This document shows positions 43,103-51,182 of a stretch of DNA of 64,000 nt, piece after piece. Source of the DNA: an uncultured delta proteobacterium (lineage in GTDB: Bacteria; Desulfobacterota; Desulfomonilia; UBA1062). Numbering within the stretch: the stretch's first letter is position 1; the number at the start of each line of letters is the position of its first letter. The stretch lies in assembly GCA_963785235.1 (NCBI GenBank), contig CAWAUM010000001.1, positions 192,001-256,000 of the forward strand, read 5' to 3'. The notes beneath the pieces are model-generated. The model was not told the origin of the DNA and did no database searches. It saw nothing but the letters and a program-made list of their open reading frames with translations. The position numbers and the translations under genes were made by a program.

Positions 43103-44516
43103 ATGAACGCGCTCGACCTGTTACGCTTCAAGCTGCATCAGTCGTTTTCTTCTGTGTTTCATGATGCCACGTGGGGACAGCCCGAACTCATGACCAAGGT
43201 CCTTCAAGAAGTGTGCGCTGCATTTGATACCTCTGCAGATACCACCTCCAGAAGGTCCATCGGCTCAGACCCTGCTGTCTTTTCGAGCATCCGCCAAGCT
43301 GCCCACATTTTTAGACCTGAAATATGCGTGCATAGGCATTTCCCAGCAGGCTGGAGACGACGGCTGGCGGTTGCTGGAAGACAGGGACCTCTTTGCAGTC
43401 GTACTGGATGGTGTCAGCTCCCAGGCGCATAATCCCAGGCGCTTCAGGAAATGCTACCAGGGGCTTCTGAGCGGGTATTTCGACTACAATATATTCGATG
43501 CTGCCGTACCGGAGCAGGGCAGGAAGAACTGGCTGAGCCTGCGCTCTTTTCTCCGGGATCATCTGGGCGTAATTCAGCGGGCCGTGCCCGTGCTCAGCTG
43601 GGTCAAGGTTATCAGCAGCCACATGAACCTGCTTGACGATAACCCGTGCGAACGCTATGGCGCTGCACTGGCACAGGGCGACTACGCGGAACTGAAGTCG
43701 GCCTTCAAGGGCCTCCTCATCCCTAAGAATTCGTGGATCTGGGAGGTCATAGTCCTGGCGCGCATCAGGGCCATATGCAGTTTCACGGATGATGAATTCA
43801 AGAAACAGCTTGCAGTGTCTCTGGCCATGGCTAGCCATAACTCCGGCATTATACTCTCTGAGATACTGAAGAAGAAGTGTCTCGCGCAGCTCATAGGCCG
43901 TTATGCACGGTGTGCAGCAAGGCCGGAAAACGCCTTGCTCTGTGACTGCGCCATATCAATACTGGGAAATCCATGGGTCAACCGGGCGGCATGGGATGCA
44001 CATGTACACGATGATACCGCGAGAACCATGATCGAATCCTGGCTGAAACGTAGATTGATCACTGATTATTTCCACCTGCTCGGCCGGGACAGGTCGGTGG
44101 ATATGCAACGCCTTAAGTACTGGCTGAATTTCATCCCCAAGATAGAAGACATGTGGTTCGCGCTGGGCCCCTATGCATTGAACCATCCCGGGGCGGTTTT
44201 CAAGGAATTCCGGGAGATAGCCAAAGACCGCATCCTGGCCCTTGAAAGTCCGGGCTGTGATGAAGACAACGCACTCATCATGAAGATTGACGACTATGTC
44301 TTTGTGGAGTTCGGATCAACAGAGAATTCCTGCCTGGTCTTCAAGAGCAACGACCTGCCTTTTGATCTGGACAAGAAATGGATCTATATCGGCTCGAAAG
44401 CAGGTTCCGGCCTGCCGCACAGGCTTAATATGAAGCATTCGCTGCGGAAAAACAGCACCCTGAAATTTCCAGTTGCTGACCCATCATCAAGGGACGCCAT
44501 TAAAAAATCAGCTTAA
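43103..44516 (+). CDS. zorC: EH-signature domain protein (ZorC-like), frameshift near 43265
   Basis: Follows zorB; LGNPW, RLKYWL, NALIMKI and FVEFG...NSC motifs of EH-signature proteins. Confidence 0.75.
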
Positions 44517-44554
44517 AAACCGGATTTTGCGGGTAAGAAGAGTAAAGACTTTTT

Positions 44555-44642
44555 TCCGTTCAAATCCATCACCAAAGCAGCCTTCGTGAAATGCTAATTT
44601 TAGCGGTCCTTCCAGGCTGCTTTGGTGATGGATTTGAACGGA
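44555..44642. repeat. Long palindrome copy A (29-bp perfect arms)
   Basis: Arms 44555-44583 and 44614-44642 are exact reverse complements. Homologous to copy D. Confidence 0.9.
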
Positions 44643-44755
44643 CCTATTTAAAGAACAGTTTCATGCTCACTATGAGTGCTCTGCTAATGGCCACCTCCAG
44701 ATGCATGAAGCCCTTGTGGTTACATCCAAACGCAAAAACCGGGGTTAAGGCCCCG

Positions 44756-45457
44756 CTATGTTTTTGTCCGGCTGAGGCTTCTCTGGATGCGGGACTGTAT
44801 CTTCTGCTGGAACAGTCTCCTTATAATATATCCACGGAACAGGTTGGCAGCCCGGGTGAGATTCGTGGTTATCTCAGCGTTATCCTTTGCGGACATGCCC
44901 CGGATGATCCTTTTGCGAAACGCCACCTCATGGTCGGTGATCTCATGGCCGAGACGGACATAGAACTCGAAATCATTTGGGTCGATGCCGAATTGATAGA
45001 CCTGCCGGATAGCTTCCCTGGCTACGGTAACGTCTTCAGGGTTGTATAGGCAGTTCTCCTTTTCCCTCAGGTAAGGCATAATAAGGCCGATCCGCTCCAC
45101 CTCATCGAGCTGCTCGGGCTTCAAACCGGTCAGGCTTAAGAACTCCGCCCGGTCTACCAAGTTCATCTCCCCATCGGCTATGGGTGCGAACACTGCATCC
45201 TCAACCGCCGAAGACTCTTCAAAGGTAAAACCGTCGTCCATGCGGCGCAGGATATTTTTGATCATTGCCAAAGGGTAGTACTTTTTTTCCTGCAGATGCT
45301 GGATTGCGTAGAGTTTCTTGATGCAGATCTCGTTGTAGTAGGCCATCTTTTTATTGACCTTTTCCGGGGCAGGAAGGAGGCCTTCTTTCACGTAGTAACG
45401 GATCGTCGAGACAGGGACCCCGCTTTTTCTGGAGAGTTCTCCTATTTTAAGGCCCAT
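44756..45457 (-). CDS. MerR-family transcriptional regulator
   Basis: LKIGELSRKSGVPVSTIRYYVKEGLLP HTH and a second degenerate HTH. Confidence 0.88.
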   Translation of the reverse strand: MGLKIGELSRKSGVPVSTIRYYVKEGLLPAPEKVNKKMAYYNEICIKKLYAIQHLQEKKYYPLAMIKNILRRMDDGFTFEESSAVEDAVFAPIADGEMNLVDRAEFLSLTGLKPEQLDEVERIGLIMPYLREKENCLYNPEDVTVAREAIRQVYQFGIDPNDFEFYVRLGHEITDHEVAFRKRIIRGMSAKDNAEITTNLTRAANLFRGYIIRRLFQQKIQSRIQRSLSRTKT

Positions 45458-45493
45458 GTCTTTATCGTCCTTTTCAGCTTCTGCGCTCAACTA

Positions 45494-46531
45494 TCAAGCA
45501 AAAACGCCCGACATCCTTTTCTCGATGGCCTCCGCTTCATTCACGATCCGATCCAGAAGCTCCTTGACCGATGGCTCGTCATTGATCAAGCCGCCGCACT
45601 GACCCACGGGCAGGATCCCCTTTCCAAGGTCACCTTCTTCAGTGGCCAGCTGGAAGGCCTTGGAGGCGTTTGCCAGATACGCGAACTGCATGGAGGTCTT
45701 CCAGCCTGACAGCAGGACACCGATGAAGAGCTTGATGAAGGGCAGACGCAGCGACTTGGCAATATCCTGAGCATTGAAGAATGCTGCGGGCAGGTTCAAG
45801 CCTTTCTTTTTGGCGCGCTGGGCCGTCTCGGTATCCAAAACCCGGCACCAGAGCCCGTCGATGCGTTTTGAGTACAGGGTTTGGGCGGTATCCATCTTGA
45901 TGGAGAGATCTTTGTAGTTTCTGTGCAGAGGGCTTTCCTTGGTGGTCATAAGCCTGGTCCCCATGGCGACACCTTCGGCGCCGAGCGCGATCGCTGCGGC
46001 CAGGCCCCGCCCGTCTGCTATGCCGCCTGCCGCAACCACAGGGATGGTCAGGGTATCAACAAGGCTCGGTATGAGGCAGAATGTGGTGATGAATTCACCG
46101 TGGGCCGCCGCCTCATTACCCGTTGCTATTACGGCATCGCATCCATAATCCTGGGCCCGCTTGGCGTGACGTGCGGTTACTACGGTGGCCACAACCTTGC
46201 CGCCGTATTTGTGGGCTTCCTCTACAATCCAATCCCCCTTGCCCAGGGCGAAGTTGATCACCGGGACCTGCTCTTCTAAAAGAACCTTTGCAGACTCCTT
46301 GGCGCCGGGAAACAGGAGCGATGCGTTGGCACCGAAGGGCTTGTCCGTGAGCTTGCGGATCTGTTTAATAGCCGAGCGGGTCTGCTCCTTCTCCAGGGGG
46401 CCTGTGGCGAGTATCCCCAGACCGCCTGCATTTGAAACGGCAGCCACCATCTCGGGTACGCTGATCCAGCTCATTCCGGAAAGGAAGATAGGGTAGTCAA
46501 TGCCCATCATTTCGGTGATCCTTGTCTTCAT
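45494..46531 (-). CDS. Nitronate monooxygenase / FabK-like flavoprotein
   Basis: AVSNAGGLG, EAAAH, AAGGIADGRG and MGTR motifs. Confidence 0.88.
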   Translation of the reverse strand: MKTRITEMMGIDYPIFLSGMSWISVPEMVAAVSNAGGLGILATGPLEKEQTRSAIKQIRKLTDKPFGANASLLFPGAKESAKVLLEEQVPVINFALGKGDWIVEEAHKYGGKVVATVVTARHAKRAQDYGCDAVIATGNEAAAHGEFITTFCLIPSLVDTLTIPVVAAGGIADGRGLAAAIALGAEGVAMGTRLMTTKESPLHRNYKDLSIKMDTAQTLYSKRIDGLWCRVLDTETAQRAKKKGLNLPAAFFNAQDIAKSLRLPFIKLFIGVLLSGWKTSMQFAYLANASKAFQLATEEGDLGKGILPVGQCGGLINDEPSVKELLDRIVNEAEAIEKRMSGVFA

Positions 46532-46688
46532 AATGCCCTCCAGGTAGGTTTGTTAGGAATGAACTATAAAGTATTACTTCATTCTTTACAATAAAAAAAT
46601 ATCAAGAGTGAATTGTTCTCACTGTGAAAAAGAGGTTGTCCTTGAGATACCCCTGCACAGCAGCAAAAAAGGCAAAGAAGAAAATTGG

Positions 46689-46739
46689 CCCGTTCAAAAC
46701 ATGGATCTTGGTGAAACCAAGATCCATGTTTTGAACGGG
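46689..46739 (+). repeat. Long palindrome copy B (24-bp arms, GAA loop)
   Basis: CCCGTTCAAAACATGGATCTTGGT-GAA-ACCAAGATCCATGTTTTGAACGGG. Confidence 0.9.
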
Positions 46740-46926
46740 TAAGGTTTTTTCTCCCCAGGTATATAGTTTTCTGGAAGTTATTAGGAGAAGTTTTCTTCAG
46801 GAATTCCTTCTTTGCGAAAAGGGCACCCTAATGATAGAGGTTGGTAGACACTTTATCCAAGGAGGCATATGCATGTCAGGAGCCATCCTTGTAATAAGGA
46901 GAATATCCCCCTTGAATGGGCATTGT

Positions 46927-47532
46927 ATGAATCGCACGCCATCCAGGCCAAGGCCTTTGAATGTAAATCCAGGCTTTATGCCGACAGGTATATCTCCTGC
47001 GGGGACTGAACACTTGAGTGCCCCGGTACCGCGCCTGCCCAGGCTGATTGAATCAGATCCCCGAGCACCGCAGGTTCTGTGCATGCTCAGCGCAAACACA
47101 AGGCTGCTGTGGAAGGAGGGTGAGATCGAGGTGACGGTCGCCAAGCTCAGTCCAGAGCTGGAAACGGCCTTGCGGTGTGCCCATAATGCCGGACAGGTGG
47201 TCCAAGGGTTGGAGAGCGCGGAGCGCAGACTTCTTCTTGAAGAGCGGGGGCTGCGTCTGGCTGATAAGAAAAGCAGCGTGCAGCGCGGTGAGCGTGTTTC
47301 GCGCCTGCTGATGATGTCCGACGACGGAGCCGAGCGCTTTTATCGCAAGGTGGAGTCGCTTCTGCGCCGGCACGGGCCGCGTATGCTCGCAGTACGTCTT
47401 GAGGTGGATGCTGCCACCCTGGGAGAACTGATCTTCGGCAAGGGGCGTCTTGCCCGGCTGCTGATGCTCGAACACAAGGAGGCAGTCAGCGCAGTGCTCC
47501 TGGCTATGGCCGGCCGTGCCGAGGGAGCATGA
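46927..47532 (+). CDS. Hypothetical protein with possible L7Ae-like RNA-binding fold (start uncertain)
   Basis: AHNAGQVVQGLESA, RLLMMSDDGAERF and DAATLGELIFGK follow the L7Ae/YlxQ motif order. Confidence 0.5.
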   Translation: MNRTPSRPRPLNVNPGFMPTGISPAGTEHLSAPVPRLPRLIESDPRAPQVLCMLSANTRLLWKEGEIEVTVAKLSPELETALRCAHNAGQVVQGLESAERRLLLEERGLRLADKKSSVQRGERVSRLLMMSDDGAERFYRKVESLLRRHGPRMLAVRLEVDAATLGELIFGKGRLARLLMLEHKEAVSAVLLAMAGRAEGA

Positions 47533-47641
47533 CAAACAATTCGATCGTATAGTTGACAGAATGCATGCTGTTCCATTAGCTGTATCCAGATACAAAAATG
47601 GACGCCGACTGAGAAAATACTTACTTTAGAGGACAACATTC

Positions 47642-48532
47642 ATGAAGCTCTTGCGAAACTGGTTTCTAGCAACGAGGCCCTGGTCATTTTCCATGACAGT
47701 GATATCGGTGAGTGTCGGAAGCGTCCTTGCGGCCATAGAGGGTCAATTTTCCTGGTTTCTCTACCTTCTTACCGTAACAGGCGCCGTGTTCATGCATGCG
47801 GGCACGAACCTTTTGAATGATTATTACGATGTAAGAAACGGCCTTGATACTTTGTCGGCAGCAACGGCGCAGTACCGGCCTCACCCAATTGTTCACGGTC
47901 TGGTGCCTGCCCGGCAGGTGCGCCTGGGGGCCTATGGCCTTTTTTGCGCTGCCTGCGCCATAGGGCTCTATCTCACTTTTGTCAGTGGCCCTATGGTATT
48001 GTGCATCGGCTTGATAGGTATCCTGGCTGGAATAGGTTATACCGCTCCACCCATGAGATATAAATATTTCGCATTGGGCGAGGTATCGGTATTTCTCATG
48101 TGGGGGCCTCTCATGGTCGAAGGCGCCTACTATGTTCAAAGGCACATCTTAAGCTTCAATGCGCTGCTCATATCCATCCCCTTCGGAATACTGGTTGCAT
48201 TGGTGATCTTTGCAAACAACATCCGGGACATAGAGCATGACAGCAGAGAGCATATCAGGACCGTTGCCATTTGGCTCGGGCCCAGAGCAGGTATACATGT
48301 CTATCTTGCCATCATGATCCTTGCATACCTGAGCACGCTCATCATCACCTTATTGGGCGTACTCACCCCATGGGGGCTCCTGGTATTCCTCTCCCTGCCG
48401 CTGGCAATAAAACTTCTCCGGCAGATGGAGACAAGCATCCCGGCAGATGCCGATGCCCAGACAGCCAAACTCGACACGGCCTTTGGAGTTCTTCTTGTAA
48501 CAGGTCTGGTCATCCAGAGGCTCATGGGATGA
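47642..48532 (+). CDS. menA: 1,4-dihydroxy-2-naphthoate polyprenyltransferase (UbiA family)
   Basis: ATRPWS, NLLNDYYD, YTAPP and ANNIRDIEHD motifs. Confidence 0.85.
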   Translation: MKLLRNWFLATRPWSFSMTVISVSVGSVLAAIEGQFSWFLYLLTVTGAVFMHAGTNLLNDYYDVRNGLDTLSAATAQYRPHPIVHGLVPARQVRLGAYGLFCAACAIGLYLTFVSGPMVLCIGLIGILAGIGYTAPPMRYKYFALGEVSVFLMWGPLMVEGAYYVQRHILSFNALLISIPFGILVALVIFANNIRDIEHDSREHIRTVAIWLGPRAGIHVYLAIMILAYLSTLIITLLGVLTPWGLLVFLSLPLAIKLLRQMETSIPADADAQTAKLDTAFGVLLVTGLVIQRLMG

Positions 48533-49155
48533 ATCATGCCGGATTCCGACCAAGGCTGGTATGGTTTACAGTCATACTGGCCTTTGGGCTGTGGTTTGTA
48601 ACCTTTTACCTGGATTGGCTGAATTTCTGGATCAAGATATCTTTTAGTGCAGCCACGCTTGGGGCATTGTCCGTATGGGCGCACACCTTGAGGGATAACA
48701 GGCTGTGCTTTGACAGAACCGCTGTTTTCCAAGGGCTTGTTGCTGCTGTTGCCCTCTATGTAGTATTCTGGGCAGGGCAAACGGTATCATCATACATCTT
48801 CCCTTTTGCCTCACACCAGGTCAGCGCCATTTACGGCAAAGGGGCAGGATTTTCGCGTTTCAGTATTTTCTTCCTCCTGCTTCTCGTCACAGGACCATGT
48901 GAAGAGATTTTCTGGCGGGGCTTTCTGCAGCGCAACCTCATGGGCCGTTACGGCGAATTCCCAGGCTGGCTTCTGGCCACAGCGATCTATACCGGCGTGC
49001 ATATCTGGTCTTTCAACTTCATGCTTATCGGGGCGGCAGCTGTTGCAGGTGCTTTCTGGGGGCTTCTCTACATGAAGCTGAAGCGTCTGGATACCCTCAT
49101 CATCTGTCATTCCCTCTGGAGTGCATGTATCTTTGCCGTAGTTCCATTGATGTGA
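48529..49155 (+). CDS. CPBP-family intramembrane metalloprotease (CAAX-like)
   Basis: EEIFWRG motif, H in TGVH and HSLW; multi-TM. Confidence 0.85.
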   Translation: MNHAGFRPRLVWFTVILAFGLWFVTFYLDWLNFWIKISFSAATLGALSVWAHTLRDNRLCFDRTAVFQGLVAAVALYVVFWAGQTVSSYIFPFASHQVSAIYGKGAGFSRFSIFFLLLLVTGPCEEIFWRGFLQRNLMGRYGEFPGWLLATAIYTGVHIWSFNFMLIGAAAVAGAFWGLLYMKLKRLDTLIICHSLWSACIFAVVPLM

Positions 49156-49257
49156 TACACGATTAATAATTCTGACCTCTTTTTTTCAGGTGTCGCATGA
49201 GTGAATATCCAGATCCTTGGGAAAGGACCGATAGATCATTATTGAGGAGACGCTACA

Positions 49258-50199
49258 TTGCTTTATAAAGAGATACCCCATCATATAGCCTTTATTAATC
49301 AGAAAAGTACTATTGATATTTATGTTAAGATCAGGGGCGACTACCGCCTGTTTGCCGCCAGAGGGGCACTCTTGTCCGATGAACAATACCGGCAGTTCAA
49401 CAAGGAGTTGATGAAGCTCTATTTCATGGTGCAGGACTCCGTTGACCCTGAAGAGAGTCTGGACGCCCACCTTATGGATATTTTGACCAGTCCTGAGGTG
49501 AGCCCGCAGGCGAAAGCGGATATCGCATATTCAACATCCATGAAATCCATCCAGGATGTATTCCAGGGGGTCAATTCGAGGACCTTGTCCGCGCTGAAAA
49601 AGGTTTCAAAAAAAATCGTAAAAATGATCCTGACAGACAGTAAGGTCATTGATAATTTCATGACAATCACCAGTGACGACCATTACACCTTCATGCATTC
49701 GGTAAAGGTGGGGATCTATGGCACAGCCATGGCGATCAATCTTTTTCAGGATAAGGTCAGGGACCACAATATCGATGAATTGAGCATGTCATTTTTCCTC
49801 CATGATATCGGAATGACAAAGGTCCCGAGCACTATCCTGAATAAGAAAGAACCTTTAACCGACAGCGAATGGGAGACCATACGGGAACACCCCCTCTGGG
49901 GACAGGACCGGCTCAGGAAGGCACGTTACGAAAGTAATGAGTCAACCGAGATCATCCTGTATCACCATGAGAGGTGCGATGGGAACGGATATCCATTTAA
50001 AAAAACAGGCAGTCAGATCCCTTTCTATGCAAAGATATGCGCCATTGCCGATACCTTCGAGTCCCTGACTACAGGGAGGCCTTTCAGATCACCCAAGAGT
50101 GCGTTTGAGACACTCAGGATCATGCAGGTGGAGATGGCCCGGGAGTTCGATCCCGAGCTGTTCAGGGCCTTCGTTATGCTCCTCGGCCCCGGCAGATAG
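49258..50199 (+). CDS. HD-GYP domain protein (c-di-GMP phosphodiesterase)
   Basis: HSVKV, LHDIG, HHERCDGNGYP and IADTF motifs. Confidence 0.9.
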   Translation: MLYKEIPHHIAFINQKSTIDIYVKIRGDYRLFAARGALLSDEQYRQFNKELMKLYFMVQDSVDPEESLDAHLMDILTSPEVSPQAKADIAYSTSMKSIQDVFQGVNSRTLSALKKVSKKIVKMILTDSKVIDNFMTITSDDHYTFMHSVKVGIYGTAMAINLFQDKVRDHNIDELSMSFFLHDIGMTKVPSTILNKKEPLTDSEWETIREHPLWGQDRLRKARYESNESTEIILYHHERCDGNGYPFKKTGSQIPFYAKICAIADTFESLTTGRPFRSPKSAFETLRIMQVEMAREFDPELFRAFVMLLGPGR

Positions 50200-50272
50200 C
50201 TTCTCCCTGACCACCTGGTTAAGAATAGAGCGGATCTACCATAATTCCTTTCACGGCAAGGAAAAAACCTTA

Positions 50273-50323
50273 CCTGTTCAAATCATGAATCTCGGCTTCA
50301 CCGAGATTCATGATTTGAACAGG
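50273..50323 (-). repeat. Long palindrome copy C (23-bp arms), inverted homolog of copy B
   Basis: Arms 50273-50295 and 50301-50323. Minus-strand flanks AAAATTGG and TAAGGTTTTTTC match those of copy B. Confidence 0.9.
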
Positions 50324-50441
50324 CCAATTTTTTTACCCTGCTTAATCGCAAAATCTAGATTAAAATCCCCCTTGCCCTTCCTGCCAGTAAGGTATATATT
50401 GTCAGCTGGCAATACCACCAGCCACATACAATGGAGACTCC

Positions 50442-51182
50442 ATGAAAGATATCCTGAAGCCGCTTCATTCAGAGAGCCTGGTAGAAGTGTTCATATCGCG
50501 CTTCGAAAATCTCATCCTCACCGGCAAGATCGCCATCGGCCGGAAGTTGCCCTCGGAGCGCGAGCTGGCCCTGCAGTTGGGTGTGAGCAGGCCCGTGGTG
50601 CACGAGGGGCTTGTGGATCTGGCTGCCAAGGGCCTGGTCACCATGAAGCCGCGGGTGGGGACAATGGTGAATGACTACAGGAAAGAGGGATCGCTCAGTA
50701 TCCTGAACTCCATCATCAACTACCAGCAGGGCTCGCTTGACGAGGACCTTCTGGAAAGCCTGCTGGCCACGAGGCTCCTGGTGGAGACCGAGAACACCCG
50801 GCTCGCTGCGGCCAATCGCACCGAAGAACACGTAAAAGAGTTTCGAGTGATCCTTGAGGCGGAAGAAGCCATTGGCCTAAAAGATGTGAAAAAGATCACT
50901 GCGCTTGACTTCAGCTTCCACCATACCATCGGCATGGCCTCGGGCAATGTCATTTACCCCATGCTCATCAACTCGTTCAAGCCCGTGTACATGAATTTCA
51001 CCGGCATATTTTTTTCAGAACCCGCCAATGTAGCAGAAACGATTCAATTCCACCGCAGGCTCGTGGAAGCCATAACGGACAAGAACGCCGTGCAGGCGGT
51101 AAGCATCATGATCGAGACACTGCACCACGGCGAAATGCATGTGCGCACAATCCTCAACCAGCCCAAAAGGAGAAGGCCATGA
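50442..51182 (+). CDS. GntR/FadR-family regulator
   Basis: KLPSERELALQLGVSRPVV HTH, FCD-type DFSFH...SGN; stop overlaps the GRE1 start. Confidence 0.92.
   Translation: MKDILKPLHSESLVEVFISRFENLILTGKIAIGRKLPSERELALQLGVSRPVVHEGLVDLAAKGLVTMKPRVGTMVNDYRKEGSLSILNSIINYQQGSLDEDLLESLLATRLLVETENTRLAAANRTEEHVKEFRVILEAEEAIGLKDVKKITALDFSFHHTIGMASGNVIYPMLINSFKPVYMNFTGIFFSEPANVAETIQFHRRLVEAITDKNAVQAVSIMIETLHHGEMHVRTILNQPKRRRP

Noticed and set aside
40369-43432. Programmed frameshifting or true gene splitting in zorA, zorB and zorC
   Set aside because: The same breaks occur in housekeeping genes throughout the window, so sequencing error is the simpler explanation.
44591-45049. ORFs crossing palindromes A, C and D (also 50099-50674 and 58256-58519)
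   Set aside because: They overlap real genes or the repeats and show no protein motifs.
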